Source of the DNA: Opitutia bacterium UBA4506
GTDB lineage: Bacteria; Verrucomicrobiota; Verrucomicrobiia; Opitutales; Puniceicoccaceae
Assembly (NCBI GenBank): GCA_002388665.1
Contig: DGMY01000040.1
Span: 8,093-72,092, forward strand
Direction of reading: 5' to 3'
Length of the DNA: 64,000 nt
Shown: piece after piece, positions 47,621 through 58,322 of the stretch
Layout of the letters: each line of letters begins with the position of its first letter
How positions within the stretch are numbered: position 1 is the first letter of the stretch
Translations under genes and position numbers: made by a program
The notes under the pieces: model-generated
Told to the model about the DNA's origin: nothing
What the model saw: the letters and a program-made list of their open reading frames with translations, nothing else
Databases searched by the model: none

Positions 47621-49783
47621 ATGGATTCACGATTTGAGACTCATACTACCCTTAACGGTATCTTGCTGAATCGCGTTCGCACACCGCGAGGTGGCGTCGA
47701 GTTGCGGATGCTCCCTGCTGAAAAGGAGGACTCGCGCGTAGCGAAACGGCAGGAAGTGGTCGGGCGCCCAGAGGCATCCCGAACGCCAATGAGCGTAGGT
47801 CCACCTGATAGCATCGTCCAAGTGAAGGTCGAAGCCGACAGTATGGAAGGTGGCTTTCTTTCGGGTACAACGATGCAGGATAGTTCAACTACTGCCGGAT
47901 TGCGCATGGCTACCGTTTTGGACAGCGATCGGGTCGGTGTGTCTGACGATGTGCTCGTCACCGCGTTGGTGAACGAGAAATCGGGGATCCGGGTCTGTAA
48001 TTATCTTCAGCCTACCGAGGTGGAAGGCACGTTGTTGAGCTGGACTAAAGTCTCAAATATTGGATCGGTATCGGTAGATATTGAGCACCTGAGTAGTTTT
48101 GTGTTTTCCGGAATTACTCCTTTTGCGGTGGATGATGCGCCCGGTCGGCTGAAGGTTCACCGGTTCCGAAGTTGGTGGAGTAACGAGGGTCGGCACGAGT
48201 GCCGGACTCTTGAGGACCTTCACCTGACACGGAATTGGGCGGGATGTATGATGCCGAACGAGCGATTCGGCCAGGTCGGAACGATGCCGGTACGACAGTT
48301 CTTTCCATTTGTTGCAGTGGAGGATTCGGAAGAGAATGTCCTCTGGGGTGCGCAATTGGCTTGGGCGGGTTCTTGGCAGATGGAGATTTCCCGGCGAGGC
48401 GATACTTTGTCACTTTCGGGGGGCTTGGCCGATTTTGAGTTGGGGCACTGGAAAAAATCTCTCGAGCCCGGTGAATTGTTTACCACTCCGATTGCCCATT
48501 TAGCTTGCGTAGTGGGTGGGGTCGCCGATTTGACCGCTCGGTTGGTCCAGCTTCAGGAATCGTTGTTGCCGGAGCCTCCCGAGTCGGAGAAGGATTTGCC
48601 CGTGATCTTCAATGAGTGGTGCACCAACTGGGGCGATCCCAGCCACGATAAGACTATTGCATTGGCCAAGCGTCTGAAGGGATCGGGGGTCAAATATCTG
48701 GTTATCGACGATGGTTGGGCCGTGCGTCCTCCCGAGGCCACTATGCAGGCAAATGGTGATTGGATTGTGGATACGGATAAATTTCCGAATGGAATGAAGG
48801 CCACCTGCGATGAGTTGCGGGAGATGGGCTTTATTCCCGGGGTTTGGTTCGAGTTTGAGGTGTGCAATCCAAAGTCCAAGGCCTTCGAGCAAATCGATCA
48901 TCTCCTTCATCGGAATGGGCGGGTTCTCGATGTCGGTACGCGCAGGTTTTGGAATTTGAACGATCCGTGGGTCGTCGACTATCTCGAGGAGAAGCTGATT
49001 CGTTTCCTTCGTGAGAACGGATTTGGTTACCTGAAAGTAGACTACAACGATAATATTGGGATCGGCTGTGATCACCCGGATTCTGTAGGGGAAGGACTGA
49101 GACGACAGATCGAAGGGGTCTATCGCAGTTTTGAACGTATACACGAGGGTATCGATGGTATCGTTATCGAAAATTGCTCGTCGGGAGGGCACCGCCTCGA
49201 ACCGTCAATGATGTCGCTGACGGCGATGAGCTCCTTTTCCGATGCGCATGAGTCAGCCAATATTCCCATCATCGGACGCCAGCTTCATCATATGATGCCT
49301 CCGCGGCAGTCTCAGGTCTGGGCAGTCCTTTATCCCACCGATTCGGTGGAACGGTTCATGTTTTCGCTGACCGCGACCTTCTACGGCAGAATGTGCCTGT
49401 CGGGCCCAATTCATGACATTACGGACGAGCAACTCGCACTCATACACAAGGCGGTGGCGTTCTATCAATCCGTAGCTCCAGTCATTCATACCGGAACGAC
49501 CCATTTTCTGGGCGAGACACCGAGCAATTGGACGGATCCCGAGGGTTGGAGCGGCATCTGCCGGATCGACAGTACCTGTGAAAGGGCTCTTGTCGTATTG
49601 CACGAATATGAGCGGACCGAGGGTTCGGATATTCTGGTGGATCTTCCACTGGAGGGAGACTGGAAGATCGAGGGAGTTCTTACGGATTCTACGACTGAGG
49701 AACCGGAGTTGAACGGGACGACCGTACGGTTTCATTCCGGGAAGAGTTTCCGCGGGTACGCGATTTCCCTGGTCAAGAGCTAG
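47621..49783 (+). CDS. Alpha-galactosidase, GH36-like
   Basis: FNEWCTNW, YLVIDDGW, KFPNGMK, YLKVDYN (nucleophile), ENCSSGGHR, FSDAHE. Confidence 0.88.
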   Translation: MDSRFETHTTLNGILLNRVRTPRGGVELRMLPAEKEDSRVAKRQEVVGRPEASRTPMSVGPPDSIVQVKVEADSMEGGFLSGTTMQDSSTTAGLRMATVLDSDRVGVSDDVLVTALVNEKSGIRVCNYLQPTEVEGTLLSWTKVSNIGSVSVDIEHLSSFVFSGITPFAVDDAPGRLKVHRFRSWWSNEGRHECRTLEDLHLTRNWAGCMMPNERFGQVGTMPVRQFFPFVAVEDSEENVLWGAQLAWAGSWQMEISRRGDTLSLSGGLADFELGHWKKSLEPGELFTTPIAHLACVVGGVADLTARLVQLQESLLPEPPESEKDLPVIFNEWCTNWGDPSHDKTIALAKRLKGSGVKYLVIDDGWAVRPPEATMQANGDWIVDTDKFPNGMKATCDELREMGFIPGVWFEFEVCNPKSKAFEQIDHLLHRNGRVLDVGTRRFWNLNDPWVVDYLEEKLIRFLRENGFGYLKVDYNDNIGIGCDHPDSVGEGLRRQIEGVYRSFERIHEGIDGIVIENCSSGGHRLEPSMMSLTAMSSFSDAHESANIPIIGRQLHHMMPPRQSQVWAVLYPTDSVERFMFSLTATFYGRMCLSGPIHDITDEQLALIHKAVAFYQSVAPVIHTGTTHFLGETPSNWTDPEGWSGICRIDSTCERALVVLHEYERTEGSDILVDLPLEGDWKIEGVLTDSTTEEPELNGTTVRFHSGKSFRGYAISLVKS

Positions 49784-49849
49784 CGCGAATCGACTGCGGC
49801 TCCGACCGCTCCGGGGAGTTTTTGCTTTCCGGGAGCGGTGACGCTGCGG

Positions 49850-50713
49850 CTAGGCACTGAGTAGATAGACCTTTCCCTCGATTTCTTTAAATTGAGTGAT
49901 GGTGATGCCATAGGCCTTCTTGAACGTGCGTGCGAGATGGCTGCTGTCCGTGAAGTTCAATTCGTAGGCAATCTCCTTGAGTGATTGGTCTGTGTGCAGG
50001 ACCTTCGTTTCGACTAGTCGCAGTTTGGCTTTAATGATGTAGTTGGCCAAGCTGTCTCCGGCCCGCTTTTTGAAGTATTCGGAGAAGTACGTTTCCGATA
50101 TCCCAAACCTATTTGCGAGGGCGGAGACTCGAATTTTCTCTTTCTCTGAGAGGTTCGTGTTGATGTAGCGAAGGATCTCGCCAAACCGGTTCTCAACCTC
50201 GTTTGCCTGTTCGACATAGCGTTTCTCGATGCTGCGAGCGAGAATGTTGAGGATAGAGGCAACGGTTCCACTAATGATCGCCGGGGAATAGTTATCGGAG
50301 AGAGCGTATTCCTGGTAGATGGATTTTATGTTGCTCATGATAAACTCGCGTTCGCGGTCGGAAGAGATGATGTCGCCCGGCACTTTGTTGTAGTTGGCGA
50401 GAATGTATGCGATCCGGTCAAACCATTCACGGTGCTGTGTGAGGCCGTCATTGTTCATGAAGAAGTGGTCCGTGAATCGTATGTAGTAAAATCGAGAGGG
50501 TTCTTGGACGCGAAATGAATGACAATCCAGTGGAGGCAGTAGGAAAATGTTGCCGGCTTTGTACTCAAACTCGTGTGAGTTGATGCACTGGATTCCGGAG
50601 CCCTTTTCAACGTAGACGATCTCAAAGAAACTGTGTTTGTGCGGGCGTTTTCCCCAGGAGGAGAGTTCTTCTACTTCCATTTCGAAGATCTTGTTAGCGG
50701 ATTCGGTGATCAT
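49850..50713 (-). CDS. AraC family transcriptional regulator
   Basis: Cupin [10 protein letters not shown]; [35 protein letters not shown]; divergent from the oxidoreductase operon. Confidence 0.92.
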   Translation of the reverse strand: MITESANKIFEMEVEELSSWGKRPHKHSFFEIVYVEKGSGIQCINSHEFEYKAGNIFLLPPLDCHSFRVQEPSRFYYIRFTDHFFMNNDGLTQHREWFDRIAYILANYNKVPGDIISSDREREFIMSNIKSIYQEYALSDNYSPAIISGTVASILNILARSIEKRYVEQANEVENRFGEILRYINTNLSEKEKIRVSALANRFGISETYFSEYFKKRAGDSLANYIIKAKLRLVETKVLHTDQSLKEIAYELNFTDSSHLARTFKKAYGITITQFKEIEGKVYLLSA

Positions 50714-50932
50714 TGTAGTTATATGGGTTGAATTTGTCCGTAAATGAGACCTCTTTTGCTTGGTTTCCAGAATAAAACGCAAGTTTGGCGGAAATTGTCC
50801 CCTTTAGCCTCCTAAAATACTACATTAACCAATGATTGTACAAACCAATGGGTTTGCGATGGCGGCGCGCGGCGGATTGTATAGGGCCTTATCAATTTTG
50901 TGATTACTTGAACAATCTACCACCGACGAGAT

Positions 50933-51952
50933 ATGAAAGCTATTGGATACAAAAGGCCCGCACCGATCACCGATCATGATTCTCTGGTCGAGATCGAGCT
51001 GGATCAACCCGCCGTGGGTCCCCGCGACTTGTTGGTCGAGGTGAAGGGAGTTTCCGTTAATCCCGTGGATGTGAAGGTGCGCGCCAGCGCTGCTGTGGAT
51101 CCAAAGGAAGGAGTCGCGAAGGTGCTCGGTTATGACGCCGCCGGAATTGTTCGTGAGGTCGGATCGGCGGTCAGTTTGTTTCAGGTGGGCGACGAGGTTT
51201 TCTATGCTGGTGATATTACCCGGCAGGGGACCAACGCGGAATTTCATGCGGTGGATGAGCGTATCGTCGGTAGGAAGCCATCCTCTCTCGGGTTTGCCGA
51301 GGCTGCTGGCATGCCACTGACGTCGATTACGGCTTGGGAGTTGCTGTTCAATTCACTCGGGCTTGGCGAAGGTGAGGGAGAAGGAGAAGCTATACTCGTG
51401 GTCGGAGGCGCAGGTGGTGTTGGTTCGATCCTCATCCAGTTGGCCAAGAAGCTGACAGGATTGACGGTGATCGCTACGGCATCTCGCCCGGATACGGTCA
51501 GTTGGGTGGAGCAGATGGGTGCGGATCATGTGATCAATCACCGCGAACCCCTGGGCGAGCAAATGAAGGCGATCGGCATTGAGCCGAAATACGTGGCTTC
51601 CCTGAACGGGACGGAGGGTCACCTTCCGGCGATTGTAGATCTCATCAGGCCCAGGGGCAGTATCGCACTGATCGACGATCCCGAGCATCTTGATTTTTCT
51701 ATTCTTAAGCCGAAATCACTGAGCCTGCGGTGGGAGTTTATGTTTGCCCGTTCCATGTTCCAAACCGATGACATCGAGCAACAGCACATCCTGCTGAATC
51801 GGGTTTCCGAAATGCTGGATGCAGGCGAATTGAAATCCACGGTGACGGGGCAGTTCGGTAAACTGACTGTCCAGAGCCTGAAGGATGCCCACCTCCAGCA
51901 AGAAAGTGGCCGTGTGATCGGTAAGAACGTCCTCGGGGGCTTTGGCGATTGA
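50933..51952 (+). CDS. Zinc-binding alcohol dehydrogenase family / NADPH:quinone oxidoreductase (MDR)
   Basis: [44 protein letters not shown]. Confidence 0.92.
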   Translation: MKAIGYKRPAPITDHDSLVEIELDQPAVGPRDLLVEVKGVSVNPVDVKVRASAAVDPKEGVAKVLGYDAAGIVREVGSAVSLFQVGDEVFYAGDITRQGTNAEFHAVDERIVGRKPSSLGFAEAAGMPLTSITAWELLFNSLGLGEGEGEGEAILVVGGAGGVGSILIQLAKKLTGLTVIATASRPDTVSWVEQMGADHVINHREPLGEQMKAIGIEPKYVASLNGTEGHLPAIVDLIRPRGSIALIDDPEHLDFSILKPKSLSLRWEFMFARSMFQTDDIEQQHILLNRVSEMLDAGELKSTVTGQFGKLTVQSLKDAHLQQESGRVIGKNVLGGFGD

Positions 51953-52017
51953 GCGGGTCCCCTTAGAAAATATTTAGAATTTCCCAGTAAACTAGAACGA
52001 ATCAACCCATTACAAAT

Positions 52018-52308
52018 ATGTCTCAACTGACTGTCATCGCAAATATCGTAGCAAAGCCCGGAAAGATTGAATTGGTGAAAGCTGAATTGGAAAAGCTCAT
52101 ACCAATCACTCGATCCGAGGCGGGCTGTATCAACTACGACCTCCATCAGGATAACGAAAATCCCGCACATTTCCTCTTCCACGAAAACTGGGAAAATGTG
52201 GACCTCTGGAAGGCTCATATGGAGGGGCAGCATTTGAAGGATTATCTCAGTGCGACCGAGGGCTCCGTCGAGAGCTTCGTGGTCAATCAAATGACTAAAG
52301 TTCTTTGA
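52018..52308 (+). CDS. Putative quinol monooxygenase (ABM domain)
   Basis: TRSEAGCINYDLHQD, F.FHENW, HMEGQH. Confidence 0.9.
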   Translation: MSQLTVIANIVAKPGKIELVKAELEKLIPITRSEAGCINYDLHQDNENPAHFLFHENWENVDLWKAHMEGQHLKDYLSATEGSVESFVVNQMTKVL

Positions 52309-52322
52309 CCGAATGAAACTGG

Positions 52323-52350
52323 GCGGGGTCATCAGTTGTGATGACCCCGC
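52323..52350. terminator. Perfect 12-bp hairpin after the ABM gene, likely terminator
   Basis: GCGGGGTCATCA-GTTG-TGATGACCCCGC; no clean T-tract. Confidence 0.55.
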
Positions 52351-52440
52351 GCTCTCTCGCTTTTCCGAAGTCCTTTTCTTGGAAGTCGTTCGAAGGGGGA
52401 GGGGCAATCACCACCAAGATAAAAGTACACAGACTCCACG

Positions 52441-53292
52441 ATGAAATTACTACCCACTACAATCACGCTTTTGGCTGCCTCGTTCTCACCACTCCTATAC
52501 GGTGCGCAGGAAGAGCCCGAATCAGAGAACGCCGAGATCGTCCTCTCATCCGATGTTGAATGGACCCACCTGAATCCGAAGCGAGGTGATCTCGCTCCTC
52601 AAGCCGGGACCCTATGGGGCGACCGCAATGGAGTGGGGGCCACCGGATTCTTGCTCAAGCCCAGCGAGGGGTTTGAATCACCACCACACATCCACAATAT
52701 CACCTACCGCGGCATTGTGATCCAGGGTGCGATCCACAATGATGATCCGAACGCGGCGGAGATGTGGATGCCTACGGGGTCATTTTGGACTCAGCCGAAA
52801 GGCCATGTGCATATCACTGCCGCACAAGGTGGAAACACTTTGGCCTACATTGAGATTGATGAAGGTCCCTATCTCGTCCTGCCAGCCGAAGAATCGTTCG
52901 ATAGTGGTGAACGTCCGGTCAATGTCGATACGAGCAACATCGTGTGGTTGGGGGCGTCTGATATTCTGTGGATCGAAACGGATTCAGCGGGAGGACCGGA
53001 GGTCGCGTTTCTCTGGGGCGATCGTGCAGAAGGTCAGTTGAGCGGTTCGATGATCAAGCTACCGGCAGGCTTTTCGGGTAGTATCCATAGCAGTGGGTCG
53101 ATTTTTCGCGCGGTCACCATTGAGGGATCGCTCGAATACGGTTCGTCTGCCGGAGAGGTCGAGGTCCTCGAACCGGGGAGCTATTTTGGATCGGAGGGCG
53201 TGTTCCAGCATCCCGTAAGTACAAGCGGTGAATCGGACAGCGTTCTATATGTAAGAACTGACGGTCCTTTTGAGATTATTTCGAACGAGTAA
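52441..53292 (+). CDS. DUF4437-like bicupin protein (secreted)
   Basis: Signal peptide; [44 protein letters not shown]. Confidence 0.8.
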   Translation: MKLLPTTITLLAASFSPLLYGAQEEPESENAEIVLSSDVEWTHLNPKRGDLAPQAGTLWGDRNGVGATGFLLKPSEGFESPPHIHNITYRGIVIQGAIHNDDPNAAEMWMPTGSFWTQPKGHVHITAAQGGNTLAYIEIDEGPYLVLPAEESFDSGERPVNVDTSNIVWLGASDILWIETDSAGGPEVAFLWGDRAEGQLSGSMIKLPAGFSGSIHSSGSIFRAVTIEGSLEYGSSAGEVEVLEPGSYFGSEGVFQHPVSTSGESDSVLYVRTDGPFEIISNE

Positions 53293-53402
53293 GGGCGTTG
53301 CGGCAGGCTATCAGATCGGGACTGTATTGCCACTACATCGGCCGTTTGTGTAGAGCAGGCTGTTGAGGTTTTTAAGGCACCTCCTTCTTGGGCCGGAGAC
53401 TT

Positions 53403-54626
53403 CTAGGAACGGGAGTCCCGGCCGGAGAAGCGGGCGGCCACCTCGGGTTTTCTCAGCATCGAAAAGAACATCCAGCCGGAGATCGTGAGTAGGCTAAGGC
53501 TGATCCAGCTGAGGGTCTGCGGTGCAAGCAGGGGGAGGAGAGAGTAGGCCAGGATGGGAGAAAGGACTCCGCGAATGCCGGTGAGCCCCATGTGTACGCT
53601 CATGTATTCGGATACCCTTTCGTCCGGAGCGATCCGAGTCACCCATAGGTTCCAAGCGAGATTTCCGCCGCCCATTCCAAAGCCAAATAAAGCCGACCCG
53701 AGGCCGATGATCCAAACCGAGGAAAAGTTGAAATAGCAAAGGATCGCTAGGAAGAGCAGCACATTGATGAGAATACGGTAGGTCAGAAAGTTGATTCGCT
53801 CGAAGAAAAGCCCAAAGACTTTGAGACCGACGATTCGAGCGAGTGCAAAGACCACCACCGTGATGAAGATGATCTCGCTGTTGGCGAGGTTGAAGCCGTA
53901 GGTCGGATTGGCCAGTATTTCAACTCGAAGGGGGAGGAGCGAGAGGTTTGCAAATCCAAGGATCATCCACGCCAGAAGCATTCGGGCGAATAGGGGGTCC
54001 TCGCCGATCAGGGAATAGTTGCCCCAGCGTTTTGGACTGCGGATCTCTATGGGCTCACTCGGAATGCGAAAGATGGCGAACGAACAGGCGAGGGAAGCGC
54101 AGGCCATGATCAGAAATATGGTGCCGAAGGCCTCCGGTTTGTGATCGAGATATTCTCCTCCGAAAAAGCTGAGAACCGCTCCGACGATGGCTGCGAGGAT
54201 AAAGGTGTTCGAGACCAGGCGTCCGCGGTCGCGGTGACTGTAATTTTTCGTGTAAACCGCGACCAGAAGGCTCGGCACCTGGGCGAGCATCGCGTTCGCT
54301 CCGAGGAACATCACCGTAAACAGCCAGAGACTGCTCGCCTGCGAGGCGACAGCATAGCCCAGTGCTGCGAGAAGGAAACACAGAGCGCCCGCGCGACTGG
54401 CTGGGAGCCTTGTCCGTGCCACCAGTAGCTGGGCGAAGGGGGCAAGAAAGAGTCCGAAGGCGATCCCCGCACTGAGGAGGCCTTTTACCGTGTCGGGCGC
54501 GTCAAAAAATCGAATCGCCGCTAGCAGGCCAAAGGAGAGCGCGCCCACCTCGAGGATGCCCCCAAAGGCCCCCCGGATCAGGTCATAGCGATAAGTCAGT
54601 TTTCGAAGAGCTTCCTGTTGATACAC
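53403..54626 (-). CDS. MFS transporter
   Basis: About 12 hydrophobic helices; DRGRLVS; APDERVSEYMSVH..TGIRG. Confidence 0.75.
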   Translation of the reverse strand: MYQQEALRKLTYRYDLIRGAFGGILEVGALSFGLLAAIRFFDAPDTVKGLLSAGIAFGLFLAPFAQLLVARTRLPASRAGALCFLLAALGYAVASQASSLWLFTVMFLGANAMLAQVPSLLVAVYTKNYSHRDRGRLVSNTFILAAIVGAVLSFFGGEYLDHKPEAFGTIFLIMACASLACSFAIFRIPSEPIEIRSPKRWGNYSLIGEDPLFARMLLAWMILGFANLSLLPLRVEILANPTYGFNLANSEIIFITVVVFALARIVGLKVFGLFFERINFLTYRILINVLLFLAILCYFNFSSVWIIGLGSALFGFGMGGGNLAWNLWVTRIAPDERVSEYMSVHMGLTGIRGVLSPILAYSLLPLLAPQTLSWISLSLLTISGWMFFSMLRKPEVAARFSGRDSRS

Positions 54627-54770
54627 TCCCTAAGGGTGTGTCGGTGATGCCGCGCTGGCAACTCCTAGTGGATTTTCAGACGATCTCTGAGACTGAAACG
54701 TTTCATTCGCGGAACTTTTATTACGCTACGGTGTTGTCAACCTGCTCCCTCTTCATCAAGGTCATGAGTC

Positions 54771-55724
54771 ATGAACTCACTCGAACAGCTCAAGCAGTTT
54801 ACCACCGTTGTAGCCGATACTGGCGACTTTCAAACGATTCAGGCCTACGAGCCGCAAGATGCGACTACGAATCCGAGCCTGATCCTGAAGGCGATTGGCA
54901 AGCCCGAGTACGATTCAGTGATCGATGCCGCCATCGCAGACGCATCGGGGAAGAACGGCAATGAGCCCGAGCTCGAGTCGGTCATCGACCACCTGTTGGT
55001 GCGGTTTGGAATGGAGATTTTGAAGATTGTCCCCGGGCGGGTTTCGACCGAGGTCGATGCGCGTTTGTCCTTTAACGTTACGGGGAGCATTGAGAAGGCA
55101 AAAGAGCTGATTCGCCTCTACGAAGAGAACGGCATTAGCCGCGATCGTATTTTGATTAAATTGGCCTCGACCTGGGAAGGGATCGAAGCCGCTCGCCACC
55201 TCCAAAAAGAAGGGATTCATTGCAACATGACTCTTCTTTTCTCATTGGCTCAGGCGATCGCCGCTGCCGATGCAGGTGCCCAATTGATTTCCCCCTTCGT
55301 CGGTCGGATCCTCGATTGGTACAAAGCCGAAGAAGGTAAAGATTTTGCACCGGAGGAAGACCCTGGTGTCATCAGTGTGCAAAAGATCTACACCTACTAC
55401 AAAAAGTTTGGATACGACACCGAGGTCATGGGAGCGAGCTTCCGGAATACTGGTGAAATCGTACAACTCGCTGGTTGTGATTTGCTCACAATTTCCCCAG
55501 ACCTTCTCGAGAAATTGAAAGACTCCGACGAGCCGATTGTACAAAAGCTTTCCGAAGAGAGTTCCTTGAACGAGCCAATCGAGAAGATTGAGGTCGATGA
55601 GGAAACATTCCGTTGGATGATGAATGAAGATCCAATGGCGACCGAGAAATTGAGCGAAGGCATCCGCAAGTTCGGCATCGACATGAACAAGGTTCGTGAC
55701 GAGATCCGTAAGCGCATCAGCTGA
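54771..55724 (+). CDS. tal: Transaldolase
   Basis: [55 protein letters not shown]. Confidence 0.97.
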   Translation: MNSLEQLKQFTTVVADTGDFQTIQAYEPQDATTNPSLILKAIGKPEYDSVIDAAIADASGKNGNEPELESVIDHLLVRFGMEILKIVPGRVSTEVDARLSFNVTGSIEKAKELIRLYEENGISRDRILIKLASTWEGIEAARHLQKEGIHCNMTLLFSLAQAIAAADAGAQLISPFVGRILDWYKAEEGKDFAPEEDPGVISVQKIYTYYKKFGYDTEVMGASFRNTGEIVQLAGCDLLTISPDLLEKLKDSDEPIVQKLSEESSLNEPIEKIEVDEETFRWMMNEDPMATEKLSEGIRKFGIDMNKVRDEIRKRIS

Positions 55725-55729
55725 AGCCA

Positions 55730-56260
55730 ATGACGGTTTCCGAGCGCCTCGCAAAACATCTCGATCAGAGTCCGGTGATTCCGGACAGTTGCTGGGTCGC
55801 CGGCACTGCCAGTATCTATGGGGACGTCGTCCTCGGTGAGAGATGCAGTGTATGGCCGTCGGCCGTGATTCGTGGAGATATTAACTCCATTCGCATCGGC
55901 GACGAAACCAATATTCAAGACGGGGCGATCGTCCATCTGTCAGACGATTTTGGCGTGGTCTTGGGCAAGCGGGTCACGATCGGTCACGGCGCGATCATTC
56001 ATGCCTGCGAGATTGGGGACAACTGCCTCATCGGGATGAACGCGACGGTCCTCGATGGCGCGAAGGTGGGTGATGGCTGCATCATCGGGGCGAACGCTCT
56101 GGTGACGCAAGGAATGGTCGTACCCCCCAATTCCATGGTGCTGGGTACTCCGGGTAAAATCGTAAAATCACTTCCGCCTGAGAATCAGGAGTACCTATCT
56201 AAGTGGGCTCTCAAATATGTCGACGTGTCTCGCGGCTTCAAGGATCGCGGATTGCAATAA
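55730..56260 (+). CDS. Gamma carbonic anhydrase family protein
   Basis: IRGD.N.I.IG..TNIQD..VH, TIGH.AIIH hexapeptide repeats, GTPGK. Confidence 0.92.
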   Translation: MTVSERLAKHLDQSPVIPDSCWVAGTASIYGDVVLGERCSVWPSAVIRGDINSIRIGDETNIQDGAIVHLSDDFGVVLGKRVTIGHGAIIHACEIGDNCLIGMNATVLDGAKVGDGCIIGANALVTQGMVVPPNSMVLGTPGKIVKSLPPENQEYLSKWALKYVDVSRGFKDRGLQ

Positions 56261-56343
56261 TCGAGATTCCGGAAAACGAATTTTCTTCGGCGATTTTTAT
56301 TGCTTCGGCTCGCTGGATTGACAGGATCTTGCGTTTCGGCTTT

Positions 56344-56436
<93 letters not shown>

Positions 56437-56442
56437 TTTTTT

Positions 56443-56470
56443 GGCCTCCCGCTCGGGAGGCCTTTATTTT
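56443..56470 (+). terminator. Intrinsic terminator after tRNA-Ser
   Basis: GGCCTCCCG-CT-CGGGAGGCC-TTTATTTT. Confidence 0.8.
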
Positions 56471-56584
56471 AGGCGGAATACCCCTATTTAAGCTGGCTTT
56501 CAGGCGATTGCCTTGGTGCAAGGAGGCGAACATGGAGAAACAGTTGTTGACAGGTTTGAACAGAATTTGCAACCATCTGCAACC

Positions 56585-57712
56585 ATGTCGGAGAGGGATA
56601 ATGCAACCAAAGGGGTCCTGAAGGGAATTCGGAAGTGCGAAAGGAAGGATCGCCGCAATCGTTTTGGTGTCGAGTGGAAAGACAATGGACGCCGCCGATT
56701 CCGATTTTTCAAGGAGGAGAAAGAGCGAAATGCTTTTTTCGAGGCAAACTACAAGGCTCGTGAGGTAGAGAATTTTTCCCTTTCGGAATGGTTGCGCTGG
56801 CAGGATATCAAACGAGAGGCGGAAGAAATCGGCATCGAGCCCGAGGCCGCGCTTGCCCTAGCGCGCCGACAGGGGGCCAAGGGCTTCGTGAAAGGAAAGA
56901 CCCTCGGCGATGCTACAGCGAGTTATCTGGCGACCGCCGAGCGAAAGGGACGGTCTGAGGACTATCTTCGCCATCTCCGTAGCTTCTTTGATCGGTTAAA
57001 TGCCTCTCTCGGAAAGGAAATGCCTCTACTCGAAGTTTCCCGCGAGCAGATGCAGAACTTTTTTGACGGGCTAGGGGTTGGTGCAATCACCTACAAGAAC
57101 TACCGCGCTTACTCGACGGCGCTCTTCAATCACTGCATCCAAGAGGAGTGGATGGATCGTTCTCCGGCAGCGAGGCTTGTCATCCCAGAGGTGAAAAAGG
57201 AGGAACCGGGAATCCTGACGCCCGATCAGACTTGTGACTTGCTTCAAGCTGCTCGGACCATTTCTGACGAGCTTGCTGCGCTTCTCGCGCTGCAGTTCTT
57301 TGCGGGGATACGAAATGCGAACGTCACTCGTTTCGAAGTGGGGGAGATTAACGCAAAGGCGAAGACCATAACGATTCCGGCAGCGAAGTTCAAAACGAAG
57401 AAACGGCACGTCATCGAAGACGCAGCGCCCGTTCTATGGAAATGGCTCGCATTGGCCGACATGGACGAGCTTTGTCGCTGGACCGCCCGGAATTTCAATT
57501 GGAGGAAGGGCCAGGCATTCAAATCTGCCGGAATCGAACCGCCGAAGAACGCGCTTCGGCATTCGTTCGCTTCCTACCGTTGCGCCCTGGACGGAAGCGC
57601 GGAAAAGGCTTCATACATCCTAGGGCACCAGAACCCCCGCGAAATTTGGCAAGCATACAAGGCGACCGCGAGCCGGGCCGACTCGAAAAGATTTTTCGCA
57701 ATTTCTCCATAA
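56585..57712 (+). CDS. Tyrosine recombinase / integrase
   Basis: AGIRNANV (R), KFKTK (K), NALRHSFASY (R-H), LGH, IWQAY (Y); basic N-terminal arm-binding-like region. Confidence 0.9.
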   Translation: MSERDNATKGVLKGIRKCERKDRRNRFGVEWKDNGRRRFRFFKEEKERNAFFEANYKAREVENFSLSEWLRWQDIKREAEEIGIEPEAALALARRQGAKGFVKGKTLGDATASYLATAERKGRSEDYLRHLRSFFDRLNASLGKEMPLLEVSREQMQNFFDGLGVGAITYKNYRAYSTALFNHCIQEEWMDRSPAARLVIPEVKKEEPGILTPDQTCDLLQAARTISDELAALLALQFFAGIRNANVTRFEVGEINAKAKTITIPAAKFKTKKRHVIEDAAPVLWKWLALADMDELCRWTARNFNWRKGQAFKSAGIEPPKNALRHSFASYRCALDGSAEKASYILGHQNPREIWQAYKATASRADSKRFFAISP

Positions 57713-57923
57713 ATTTCACAAAAAGTTTTCCGCCCAGCTCGAAGCTCTCTGATTATCAGGTGTTTGCGGATTTGAGGAGAGGGTCTTGACGCTGTGCAAG
57801 TGCCGTAAATAAGGAGTGGTGCAAAAGCTGTCGCTACCATGTTGTGTCAGCATGGGTCATATCGGCCAGTTGAGAGGTCAAACGGCACCGAACAAGACCG
57901 AGCGATTTGGTATTATTGGAGGC

Positions 57924-58136
57924 ATGACACGGCACAGATATCAAAACAGTAATTGGGGGCTATTGATAGAGTCGACGCCGATACAATTGCCCCCCAAAAT
58001 GACGTTGAAAGCTCTCGCGGCGATTTTGGGCTGCCACCCGGTGACGGTTAGGCGGCGCATGCAAAAATACAGCATCAATAAATGCGCGGATGGACTCATT
58101 CGCGCAAAAGACGCGCGACGGTTGATCGAGGAGTGA
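57924..58136 (+). CDS. Small HTH DNA-binding protein (excisionase/AlpA-like)
   Basis: GGAGG RBS; TLKALAAILGCHPVTVRRRM HTH; between integrase and relaxase. Confidence 0.6.
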   Translation: MTRHRYQNSNWGLLIESTPIQLPPKMTLKALAAILGCHPVTVRRRMQKYSINKCADGLIRAKDARRLIEE

Positions 58137-58258
58137 ACCGATCATGGATTGGATATCTGCGATGAGGAAGTTTCAGAATCTGAAACGATCTGCCCCGCTA
58201 GGGTCCCCGAAGGGCTTATGGAGGAATTTGGACACGATAGCACGGAGTGTATCGACCA

Positions 58259-58282
58259 AATTCCGTAGTAAGTTACGGAATT
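58259..58282. promoter_or_regulatory. Inverted repeat upstream of relaxase, candidate oriT or relaxase operator
   Basis: AATTCCGTA-GTAAGT-TACGGAATT, 40 bp before the mobV start. Confidence 0.45.
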
Positions 58283-58322
58283 AAAATTCCTTGAGAAACA
58301 ATCTCTACCTGGAAAAGGAAAA

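Noticed and set aside
51365-51390. GA-rich repeat encoding GEGEGEGE
   Set aside because: Low-complexity loop inside the oxidoreductase; frame intact; not a phase-variable tract
57540-57570. Integrase NALRH instead of HxLRH, suggesting inactivity
   Set aside because: The first His of the HxxR motif is variable among tyrosine recombinases and the R, K, R, H and Y residues are present
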